A stretch of 59,189 bases of DNA from a virus. Taxonomy: Duplodnaviria; Caudoviricetes. The notes beneath the pieces were generated by a model. That model was not told where the DNA came from and searched no databases. It saw nothing but the letters and a program-made list of their open reading frames with translations. Position 1 is the stretch's first letter; the number at the start of each line of letters is the position of its first letter. This document shows, one piece after another, positions 25,001 to 30,283 of the stretch. Made by a program: the position numbers and the translations under genes. The DNA lies in IMG/VR virus record IMGVR_UViG_3300044984_002334, positions 1 through 59,189 of that record. One strand, 5' to 3'.

Positions 25001-25209
25001 GAACGTGAGAGTAGCCCACTACCTGCTGCATCCCAGAAGCTCTGGTTCTCAGCTCGGTTTTCTTCTTGATTATAATCTGGGCGATAGTTCCTATCGTACG
25101 AATTAGAGTTAGCTGCTAATGGTACGGTTACATCTCGTCTAAGATCTATTCGTGTTAATTTAGGAACTCCAAGTTCAGCTAAACTTTTTCCTTTTACGAC
25201 CTCTGGCAT
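10075..25209 (-). CDS. Giant virion-packaged RNA polymerase polyprotein (N-terminal ejection-like region, SF1 helicase, zincin protease, crAss-type double-psi-barrel RNAP)
   Basis: RNAP: TDAQGF (~14495-14512), KPVYFG, SAVKVG, RIP...HS, GSDFDVD (13279-13293 for DFDVD), AAIDNLK. Zincin: HEGLH (18340-18354) plus downstream EF. Helicase: GIGGSGKT, IVIDE, GDPSQL, YRT, AQG, YTAYSR (~20720-21475). Confidence 0.9.
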   Translation of the reverse strand: MPEVVKGKSLAELGVPKLTRIDLRRDVTVPLAANSNSYDRNYRPDYNQEENRAENQSFWDAAGSGLLSRSLSIIPKVVGGFGSVLSIPKAIADQDLSPLWDNSITKWGQEADEKLRDVLPTYSSAQYNDSGWIGKMGTAKFWTTDLADGIAYVASAYVPGAVIGKVGGAVGTGARALTIGSKFGALDESLVAATKAFGQLEGAVPVSRLADAGLQAVDDAILKGFARPVAKTILGTRDLVKNTAEFLKSVAPTGQQIKLATSTGYNTVAEAAAEAYGTRKDVYEILIEKGVDEETAKFQAGQAAARVFKTNVGALIVPNFIENTFLHGAWSSSQKSLRSKIWAKGGAKAVEEAAVKAKLWSKAGTGILSEGFWEENIQTSMQQYEKNLAKGRLDDEDDYIDQIISNMGSNILGFAKSFVPGAELTADEIEGSVAIGLGATIGGLSGVYGAMLDKKQEKGMRTEELARRADLFGGSFSKAAHVAFRENANSINKISKAEPTKTIKLGDQDHEITNYELDEDGNTIVDPEAVTQVTTNQLREKRFWDAQTVAAFNNDPVMAEMNKHTAMASHVYTLMNKGYSKEEIGSYFDSLEEGANADLSALGIESDIKANIALGKSLATTFENISSTTSSKAKEMADGQFDLWVKKNLFYSATKRKALESARSKATTDGAKEVIDNMLKDLDGLDTELTSKRAELKKTFKELYLDVEAARNEAKALGKKANKTPEDIARLNELAYSLSQNAYANGPFDTTETRLARAPIGKKASLETAAANNLIRIEDIKTKLAAGAPATSLMGMYKGLPYSNDETRALKVTLDNKLAEESAKLSEVAANFEANVNELDALQDHINDEDPMMLSEIMEPEAIEAFGLRDMPWTSAAYNNSSLLIQGKIAEHTRALENIAARQSTINRFMDGEYDPQLDESATVLKDYKALDAEDQDAFVNELFYKEKILLPTKAYIAEFREELIEDETAYEAVHSNLLAAKAYFTAHEDTKKLAQINAFLDVLENKIFPALIKNVNQRSEKHREVNNALTAHLVRAIFTPKMSKLFESVIGAEKMAKIKEELNEGENDVLPFDGVLSIVSTFRNLSTAEQEHEFLDSLKEIKFSKDFEAFGLKPARVKELDTYSLTGPIAVIDNLIRDHYGDDVPPYITKFSNDYDFNYLAKVAKPVDDKFALKIKDYYEQALALGLITKLMGSNLDYVKFVALKEKLAQPPSLQQNIVLTQGMLFLTNPPLTVSHAGDNVLLSKGIGGSGKTFLLASSLYEMYKSLNPAAKVYAFSKTKLTSENINNAIFGDKTKGSFEAFMAADISPYDYIVIDEVYTFSKEELDAITAKIKSKRIIALGDPSQLKAEAESSLDKSLRAYNTIPLTTSYRTNVGYIASFMSKYQLNAKEVQSPIATASEELSSITDTSAVFGVIGAKDTEFQKLLSTPTTRSRVVLVSSQEDKAKYSGVTVLTVAEAQGYQWDEVFVDINELDLPAEPFEMNKVYYTAYSRTKSLLVTTSPSVVNGAPNTDMSSTITNSVEELTKTKDYFNSNINSAKNLQNILAGVTIISPSALTEVTATEEDVETNSSEDVAITSESFAAIDPADVVLPTPELQEGEAFLINPTNYAFSRGNVPTSGIGHIIPLSRNGVNFYQVVMKGNEGKYYRVAVLSEEEAKTIPLKGMPVLNEAALTEVIPDISLISAGEIEITRADALSISYIPGAFETAQPAYDNGATSLIEDVIIKFYTSYYGTHPSGLEFIQSLNPEERWVNKNADGTYTVNWKAIQRTVKDPSGNDVIVSDINLKIFDKHKNKPPKELAHVTPAPGFPYLIFSNLKRVGREGIVTASEKPFVIPLNSSPLDASSVSNLIEFTRAAEVLEQELGIPLGSEEFGDTVRSASEHYEVDIDTHTGENTYGIKKKSTAPPISSAMDQVVRGVFGGTRRMVTFETEDEAVEYLNENGTTIEGTDYFKVNGDVIVAITETKNKRFRLEASTDATNREENTIPYKQLQMREGMGPAQHEFNNLAKANSNVNGEQLRRNLMKWDPVQKKNVKQSGMYRAGSLLTNYETDEKTGDSFVKEFVDYDRLYANPDVIALLGEGVQFTDQDKLSDLRTALQRAYQDRGSDAATARGQAENVIFFFTSAETTLPFLQAIVNPILEEGANGNLNTPLKMSEISRTNLAKDHKTVSQQLSSSFIKVNPTTVTYKLTDAIVVGPEVEKGKTYGAKELFSEMKVVGELERIRLLVETALPEQAKVYESLKGIYLNGEYRKDLAMTALDENGVFSISVGLPVGKIESHLMLHEGLHAVTKASLMKGKKDRLSKKDTPEALLYQRIAALKKRFDGAVKGKINPDTGSKYKLTEVYETTPSELDIFEFVASLSNPKFRELAKSIEVLPKSKDSILKRLLQTILDYLADILGLDANVYDATLAVLENFYGDTKAQFLRPAPPVVVTRSVTEVKAETLGRLNKQLNDADEYEFDELAANVTSSFPMLERIPTYGETSNLKFRDSFLLLPEEEQLRILSSIGTSSFAYVNQNVEQVYTHLGTIYTSKSMGLYLDTLLAGKELTKEQINLIKSIIFLDASNPTTKLIPNILKAVTNDRDALYDILFTQVFNNKDKSEFLIKTNSTTNREAFTKMMTLPEFNKLFEALGYLVMPEIALAIQKVEDRSAARYIVAKNLVLNTVSANMAKTTEVMKIRNELFAELKTNLSNPAYVFPNGLTRSGSAKAIKALYAELGTANSNRKVEILYNELPALEDMLAGIDSLTSSNTKTNTLVLKDIIKDIYPNTNFDENAIGRVNLELAELGEEEFYSGDTELKESSGILEYLKLYNKSYETTLSESMKDFLSFVQVGNRYLSSALVYIKTMQLASTLDWTQSLSSTKNSISAQLLKLKSDSGLSGLDLAIIDNLYNNIILATNNSFVDGVTIPTNLHITAVNSIAGVNAYIAYEADGIKTLAELEKLPTSGKQMTSNSLFLFLKAKNNALTIAQFNKMLHKADAINVLRGVHNTMASMKETDLFISTRTSAEGNTFRMVKSRSSDVSVTIKEFISNELYERFGNGTLKSLHTLYYDHKFVSEGKPTTIRAALSSNPKAKKVAIRYFYKMLNLPANNLTIKDEEVAELAEKIKGLLSHTAKVTSDIVTSEDDTVKVFNFPEWLESVDGYISEINKPMARSDEFIRNPSVLDLNGNKFYKYHESSFMYDVLNNIIDIDSSLINSQSTKNSKFRVVPDHLLTDLHKHNIFIQSPKRAANRIYAVGEYAGAKNKDNGSSTEYLRENKFFFFQRKFITGFVDGIRQYGNSYHQFSFVPSDSPKHPLVRLGLLSMDKTKYGIAEMFDSLKAKANLLERGIIDIEKYEKSLSSNLFANFKVGLKVSTEFPNWREIPSDELAARAYDYLKKEALTYLENNIKELEPSFDKRMIATMLSLRNAEKEKNLFSGEFNELLDTIQYDFTKGEEIINFKSSDKGNINLILPLFTLFYLNNTVNSYHLNQLYLGDYSAFPSVDMIIKRFAGTKAPGIRGLVDPIIGMKETYKLAILADTVVGLETTRAKFAELFFGGVVPENEKEEFENFMTFFGDEFESTDAQGFMTPARLADLSKGFEKSWTLGNVHKPVYFGIDPHTFNDKDGNPVMSTSIARYVKNSTVVLTDELCAKFKYLARLREVMESQGNDEAVFRSAVKVGLPILYSEEGVPLKYPTMANIMKKVAGKDTDLSSLEGIGAVGMLSDFADAYDSAPVLPSLTLSNHNYRLQFNATTDVEKDVSVYSQLMYFLNVYGDKLKNPAYENTQVAARQVYDLIAELINDGKKEFFDTLTKEGLNKYLAKNLGGSGSERALDLIYNGVNHNHPILEKKGIIALASGLGKSTTKIKFKGGKLVLQTAEGVSWDTGTDIVATNKTNLDALTYKYEEVNGRKMLVAEVVVPAELLTTEQRVALKNGQSIYTMPDGMAFRIPSTELHSAIAFRIVDTYPGGKTNVIIAPKELVPIHGSDFDVDSLFVIMRETVSISEASYVDGIVLTGLISKLGQVFNELKSLEDTLESQEDILKLQELKRTFKEQFKLSVEVATATTDSGLELERKFQEAFIASKAPNEATFRKSWMKRNHIVMGPDKIMEPTVLSAFSEMITKIEDFSTLNPSFIPYLETVLKFITEIVSTEDVMINTNADTPVGYEVVNNKYSLSKEYLNYIKYNLAALESLEGSLQEELKAGFGGLISKSIKSLKSLKAKYLKNSVTETMLDVITDENNKYRMTTPIAFTALTDIIDDDFYKQFQQGKDLDLTNLEDEFQAFEMLTAGVVLTGAFANAAKSFGYLATAGAEETLNKIYISIGELQQELLMTSDADKKTALNKQIDNLQKAKDDYYKTFEFKEYRSPVLNYDTRYRFNINGEDTLFDRIATKDAEGKYLVTQVLDTLTNAAIDNLKLGYLYRAGINQNIGNAVVGLVSTGMPMEAIIALLYQDVFKPLTKSKVKNASTFVADLLKKYPVSTKVLSLEDLKNNITTPNDEITAAAVHLFAKGFKIGGDMRSLSTFLNIVKEQEVFVQNIFKNQELLEAKIGTYKDGVLKSRQDFSFIIPNMFNSAAHLKAAYEVNTDLISFIKDKWSLHSDPMIHMSKEVYKAVTLNSADETGEEYVKIRRAFSNYLLASDPLIKSRLSLVTPKAVTLSDGGSYVLSKQRTFNDEVATFIQKLQAYDRTHPLGERNEFLNTLSIQFNDQKVRTLSFRAGIGIQPEDIAKLALGFKQLNQYTIINGEVTRSLVLDSSKVSPIQRDLLVYALLNLGLDNSSSSYAAYIPSTMFKNVIDRYVTKLTNASEGVTGAQLNHFALFNVITNANRLPKIYYDRSASFIPYDPVTQAKAIDAGYEIITLPNTDTRIKVFFDKRFTPEKNDKGEAKAFPPYIKDTYKQKTTVFKLVLFTPDYGYYQKVGNINDVYYTETPDNYNIATNFTPTELTVHTVQESPTTALTYSKLINGVKKDDIIFITPSYNYDRSLRRKVQVGSVTKNPTGSGIIIKFQDISDTAVLSDWDEDGVPKSVDNVLRAFGLSLEEFSQYSPEEQQKLLDCNG

Positions 25210-25210
25210 A

Positions 25211-27136
25211 TTATTTTAATTTTTTGTAAATTCCGTTTTTGTAACTAGGAATATTATTAATTAGTTCACTTACGGGTAAGTCGTATTGAATCGGTTCCTG
25301 CTTACCTGTTTCCTTATTGAACTGAGTATCTTGTACACCATTGCGGTATAAGAAGTAAGTAAGTTGAAGATCTTTTCCTGAGCGCTCTCGTGAGTTTTCT
25401 ATGTTTAAATTTGGAGCAGCACTAACACCATCCCCTATTTGAAATTGTCTTCCCGTAGTTTTACCTCTTGTATAAATGTCTTGGTATGATTCACCCATTG
25501 CTTTGTTTTGTGTATATCGCTCTTGGTCCTGATCCACAATTACGTATTGCTTACCATTTTTAGGTATAGTAAGTCCTCCTCTTGGAACAAAAGGTTGCGG
25601 CACTATGTATTTAACATCTTGAGATACTTCAGTGCCATTAGAAGATGATGTCTTATTCATTAATAGATCACTGCCTTCTATTCCAGCTGCTTCAGCAGTC
25701 ATTTGATTACCAGTGCCTAACTCATATACTTGTACTGATTTAGGAGATTGCACTAACGCCGAGTACGCAGAAGTCATAAGTTCTTTACCGCCATTATCAT
25801 AAGGAATAGTAAGTGCTATAGGTTCAGCTCTTTGATGGTTCTTAATATCGGTATTGTAATCATTGATTACACCAGCATCAAAATTCTTTGTCCAGGTCGC
25901 ATCCTTACCATACTTAGTGTCATAGATTGCTTTTGCTTGCGATGGGTCTTTATGTAAGCCCGCTATATGATCCTGTATAAAAGCTTGAGCTAATTGTGGC
26001 ATAATACCTCTCTCACGAACTAACTCAGGATCAGCTAGTACTTTAGAAAGATTTTGTTGGCGCTTGTAACGTTCTGATGAGCTTTCTTCGATTTGGTAGT
26101 TAAATAGATTGCCATACGAAGATCCTGATAAAGCAGTGTTATTAGGTCTGTAGTTTACGTCTTTAAACATAGCGTCTTGGTCTAGTGGTTTATACGGCGT
26201 TACATTTTCTACTGTAGATAGAAAATTATATCTCGGAGTAAAATCTTCTTTTAATCTAGCATCTTGACGATCTTGATTGTACTTAGCAAGTGAGAGTGGA
26301 TCACGCTCTGATTTTTGAAGATCCTCTACTTCATCAGTTGCAAGTTCTTTACCTCGTGCAGCAGCGTACGCTGAAAGATAAGTTCCTACAGCTGCAGGAT
26401 CTTGACCATTAAATCTAAGCTTCTGCTCTAAGTAACCAGTAAGTTTTTGGTTCCCGTTTAATCCTTGTTCAAATGCAGCAGTAAGTCGTTCAGCACTTAC
26501 TTGCTTATGTGATTCAGTTACTTCAGTTTGTAATCCATTCTTAAAGACAGTTCGTGTTTTCTTATATGAGTTAGGGCCCACAGTGGGTTTAACTATTTGA
26601 ATAATATCGTTAGGATTAACATACTCAGCTATTTCTTCTAGGCCATTAGAGATATCATTGTAAGTGCCATATTCATTTTTTTGACCTGTTCCTTGAAATC
26701 CTTGTAAGAAATAATTTCGTGCAACATCGTAATCCTCAGCAAGTATTTCTTTCTTCTCTAAGCGTTTTTGTTGACGCTCATTCCAACCTAAATAACTATC
26801 ATAGTTAGATTGTATAGCAGAAGCTTCTCCACCTTTGCCAAAGTCACGCTTCATTGCAGACTGCACTTCGTACAATGCATTTGTAGCTTTGGAGTAATCT
26901 CCTTTGTAAGCAGCAACAGTATTATCAATCTGTTTAGCATACTTTTCTTGTAACTCATTTGCACGTGCACGATCTTGTGGCAGTGCGTCTATAAGAGTAT
27001 TTTTTAGTTGGTCTGCTAGTAACTTGTTAGCATCATGCCGTTTCTGCAATACTGCAAGTACTGATGATAAAGCTGGAATGTTTGGCTTATCTAAATCAAA
27101 CGTGTAGGGAGTAAAATTAGTATATCTATTTACCAT
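25211..27136 (-). CDS. Virion cargo/ejection protein
   Basis: 641-aa helical protein with no Cys seen, between the first cargo gene and the RNAP, as in crAss-like gene order. Confidence 0.65.
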   Translation of the reverse strand: MVNRYTNFTPYTFDLDKPNIPALSSVLAVLQKRHDANKLLADQLKNTLIDALPQDRARANELQEKYAKQIDNTVAAYKGDYSKATNALYEVQSAMKRDFGKGGEASAIQSNYDSYLGWNERQQKRLEKKEILAEDYDVARNYFLQGFQGTGQKNEYGTYNDISNGLEEIAEYVNPNDIIQIVKPTVGPNSYKKTRTVFKNGLQTEVTESHKQVSAERLTAAFEQGLNGNQKLTGYLEQKLRFNGQDPAAVGTYLSAYAAARGKELATDEVEDLQKSERDPLSLAKYNQDRQDARLKEDFTPRYNFLSTVENVTPYKPLDQDAMFKDVNYRPNNTALSGSSYGNLFNYQIEESSSERYKRQQNLSKVLADPELVRERGIMPQLAQAFIQDHIAGLHKDPSQAKAIYDTKYGKDATWTKNFDAGVINDYNTDIKNHQRAEPIALTIPYDNGGKELMTSAYSALVQSPKSVQVYELGTGNQMTAEAAGIEGSDLLMNKTSSSNGTEVSQDVKYIVPQPFVPRGGLTIPKNGKQYVIVDQDQERYTQNKAMGESYQDIYTRGKTTGRQFQIGDGVSAAPNLNIENSRERSGKDLQLTYFLYRNGVQDTQFNKETGKQEPIQYDLPVSELINNIPSYKNGIYKKLK

Positions 27137-27139
27137 AAT

Positions 27140-30100
27140 TTAATAAACTTTTCCTCCTGTTTTCTTTTTTACTGTATTGCCATACACATTAGGGTACAAT
27201 GCTTTAAGTAATTCAAGTTGATCAATTGCACTCTTACGTTCATCCATAGCACGTCCGAAATTAGAAAGAGTGTTAAAAGCTGTATCCTTAGCATTGTTTT
27301 GTGCTCCAAGATCTCTTGCATCTAACTCATTCTTATATTGAGCAAGTTGTACGTTTTGCCCTTGACGTTGCGCTAACCGATTCTCATAATCTATGTTAGC
27401 AGTTCTGTTCATATCACTCGTCTGAGAGATAACTTGGTTATCTGCGCTAAGCTTAGAAGCATATAAAGAATTATTAATAGCACGTCTAGTGTTAACAGAT
27501 CCAGCATCAATAGAGTTCCGAGCTTGTGCATAATTTGATTGATTTTGTTGTAATGCTTGATCTGCTGCGTAATAGTTCTTAGATATCGGAGTTGTAATTT
27601 GATAGTCCTTATTAGCTGGAGATTTTCCCATAGAGCGAATCATTTGAGAAGCAGCCGAAATACCTTGTAACGCAGTTCCTGCTGAGACACCTAATCCTCT
27701 ATCAGTAGTGTTGACATCTTTAGATGCATTTGGAACTACAGGAATAGTAATGCCTTTAATATTAGGAACCCCATTAGCATTTAAATTACGTCTTCTATTA
27801 TTTTGTAATTCAAAAGCTCCAGTGACTGAGGCAGGATCTATAATTTGCCCTGTAAGTGGATCTCGTTCTGAAACAGGTAATCTTTGATTTAACGACGTAA
27901 GAGATGGGATTGTTGGAGTTACTCTCGAAGCAAGCGCTCTACTACTCTGTGTGTAACCACTTATTTTTTGTCCAGCGGAGTTATTCCAAGTAGTTAAATT
28001 AGCATTATCTTTATTAATATTTCTAGCCGGTAAAGACAGATTGTAAGTGTTACCAATAGCTTTATAAGCAGCTTCTGTTTTTGATCCCCATTTACCATCA
28101 GGAGTGATAGCAAAACCATTGTTAGAAGCCCATGTTTGAAACTTTTTAAGTTCTTCCCCATTAGGAATTGGGCCCCCAGCAGCCATTGCTACTTCATTAT
28201 TTTGCGGCTGTCTTAGTCCCATCTGAGTCGCCATTTCTTCTTGTATTTGGGTTATTGTATCTAGATCTTTATTTAATCTGGTAATAGTTGCTTTATCTAC
28301 GGGTGTTCCACGTTTACTAAGTTTTTCTATAAGCTTTTCAGACTTAGAAGCATCTTGTGCAAATGTCTTACCTGTAAGAGGGTTAGTGAGTTTATTAGAT
28401 AACACCATATTACCGCGCACTACTTCACCATCATCTAAGTGAACTTTAGTATCACCCATTTGATATTGATTACCATCAGTCATATGCGCATTACCATTTA
28501 CTTGCACTGCATTATTAGATAACCTAGTATCAGTATCTCCAACCATTTTAGTACCAGACATGTGTGATAATGCACCGCCAGACGCAGCATAATTATCATA
28601 GTTCTTAGTCCCAACTTGTTGAAAAGCCTCGCTAATATCTTGTCCAGGCAATGCTTGCTTAGGAGCCATCGCCCTACCAGAAGCATTAATTGCCATACTT
28701 CCTAATGCGCCTATCCCAGGTATCATGCCTGCGATACCTTGAACAACTGGATTAGAAGCAAACTTTCCTAACTGTTGCCCAAATGAAGTTTCTGAAGCTT
28801 TCTTTTGTGCTGCTATTGCTTCAGGAGTAACTGGTAATCCTACTGGGGAGTAAGGAAGTTCTCCACCTGCAGCCTGCTTACGGTACATATTTGGGTATGC
28901 TTGACGAGGCTTTCCTGTAGTAGAGTCAAATATCATTTTTTGACCCTTGTAATCTTCAGTGTTCCATGAAGGTAGACTTACAGGATTTAGTGAACCACCA
29001 GTTTTATATTTTTTTGTTTTCATTTGTTCGTTGTCTAAATAAATTCTATCATATATTTCAAAAGGTTTTCCCATAATGTTAACATCATTAACTAGTCCTT
29101 TTGGGTTTAAGTCGTATTTGTCATAATAGGAAACATAGTCGCCTTTTGCATCTTTTCCTCTAGAAACAGTGAAATTGCCTAAAGCCATAGCAGGATCATC
29201 GCCAGCAGTTGAGTTTTTTATAGAAGCTTCTGCAAATCTTGCATTAGGGATACTATCGCCTGTTACATAATCTGCTGATCCTATTATTGCGTTTTTTCCA
29301 AGTGGCAAATCTTTACCCGCAGCTAAAATACTTTTTTGAAAATTAGGGTCTTTAATATTGTAATAAAAATCTATCTGTTCTTTTGATACACTAGGTTTAT
29401 AATCAGACACACCAAACTTTTTATTTTCTCCTGGGAGCCCTAAAAATAAATTTAATGCATCTTCTTCACTTGGTTCTCGTTTACCATAAAGTGTGGTGTT
29501 TAAACCTGTGCCATTATTATTATAATAAGATGCGTGATCTGCTGAAGCTTTACGTAATTCAGGATTCCCTAAAACGTCTGTTAAATGGGAAGCATCTCCT
29601 GTAGGAATTAATGTTCTACCACCTGAGCTTTTTAAGCTTTCCGAATAAGCATCTAATAGATCAAGTTTTTGAAAAGAATTTAAGTCTTCAACTCTAGAAA
29701 CTTTTGGTATTCCAACAGCGCGTAACCCTATATCACCTTGATCTTTTTTGAAAGCTTGAAAAGCTTCATAAATTTCATTTGTATATTTGTCATTTAACTC
29801 TTTAACTTTAGGAGAAGCATTAAGATTTTTATCTAAACCAGATTCAAATTCTTTACTATTAAACCTATTATGTCCTTCAGCAATACGTTTTAGTGTGCCA
29901 AAATTTACATCGTATTCGGCAACATCCTTAGGCGTTATACTATTAAATAATGATTTTGCTAAAGTTTTTTCTTTTTTTCCTTGTGCCGCTTGTTTTGGAA
30001 GAATCCCATTTTTTTCCATATACATATTTGCATATTCAGATCCGCCTGTATCTCCCATACTTGCTCTATTAATAGAACCATTTGTTACTGTAGGTGAATA

Positions 30101-30283
30101 GGTAGAAGAGGCTGGGATCCTATTTTCAGCTTCAACAGCCTTCTTAGTAAGTGGCCCATAGATTCCATCTATCTTACCTTTGTAAAGTCCTTGTTCTTTC
30201 AACTGCTTTTGCAATGCTTTAGTCTCTTCAATAGGCCCGCCCTTCGCATACTTAGACATCTTCTTATCTATTCCTATTTTCAT
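27140..30283 (-). CDS. Virion cargo protein with two peptidoglycan-binding-like domains (start probably 30259)
   Basis: TKALQKQLKEQGLYKGKIDGIYGPLTKKAV and LKKFQTW...ITPDGKWGSKTEAAY match PG_binding_1-like motifs; repeated xxGG motifs; glycine-rich hydrophobic segment; directly follows the muzzle gene. Confidence 0.7.
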   Translation of the reverse strand: MKIGIDKKMSKYAKGGPIEETKALQKQLKEQGLYKGKIDGIYGPLTKKAVEAENRIPASSTYSPTVTNGSINRASMGDTGGSEYANMYMEKNGILPKQAAQGKKEKTLAKSLFNSITPKDVAEYDVNFGTLKRIAEGHNRFNSKEFESGLDKNLNASPKVKELNDKYTNEIYEAFQAFKKDQGDIGLRAVGIPKVSRVEDLNSFQKLDLLDAYSESLKSSGGRTLIPTGDASHLTDVLGNPELRKASADHASYYNNNGTGLNTTLYGKREPSEEDALNLFLGLPGENKKFGVSDYKPSVSKEQIDFYYNIKDPNFQKSILAAGKDLPLGKNAIIGSADYVTGDSIPNARFAEASIKNSTAGDDPAMALGNFTVSRGKDAKGDYVSYYDKYDLNPKGLVNDVNIMGKPFEIYDRIYLDNEQMKTKKYKTGGSLNPVSLPSWNTEDYKGQKMIFDSTTGKPRQAYPNMYRKQAAGGELPYSPVGLPVTPEAIAAQKKASETSFGQQLGKFASNPVVQGIAGMIPGIGALGSMAINASGRAMAPKQALPGQDISEAFQQVGTKNYDNYAASGGALSHMSGTKMVGDTDTRLSNNAVQVNGNAHMTDGNQYQMGDTKVHLDDGEVVRGNMVLSNKLTNPLTGKTFAQDASKSEKLIEKLSKRGTPVDKATITRLNKDLDTITQIQEEMATQMGLRQPQNNEVAMAAGGPIPNGEELKKFQTWASNNGFAITPDGKWGSKTEAAYKAIGNTYNLSLPARNINKDNANLTTWNNSAGQKISGYTQSSRALASRVTPTIPSLTSLNQRLPVSERDPLTGQIIDPASVTGAFELQNNRRRNLNANGVPNIKGITIPVVPNASKDVNTTDRGLGVSAGTALQGISAASQMIRSMGKSPANKDYQITTPISKNYYAADQALQQNQSNYAQARNSIDAGSVNTRRAINNSLYASKLSADNQVISQTSDMNRTANIDYENRLAQRQGQNVQLAQYKNELDARDLGAQNNAKDTAFNTLSNFGRAMDERKSAIDQLELLKALYPNVYGNTVKKKTGGKVY

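Noticed and set aside
9120-25069. Plus-strand ORFs inside the cargo and RNAP genes
   Set aside because: Fully nested antisense frames, rich in Ser/Leu, with no recognisable domains.
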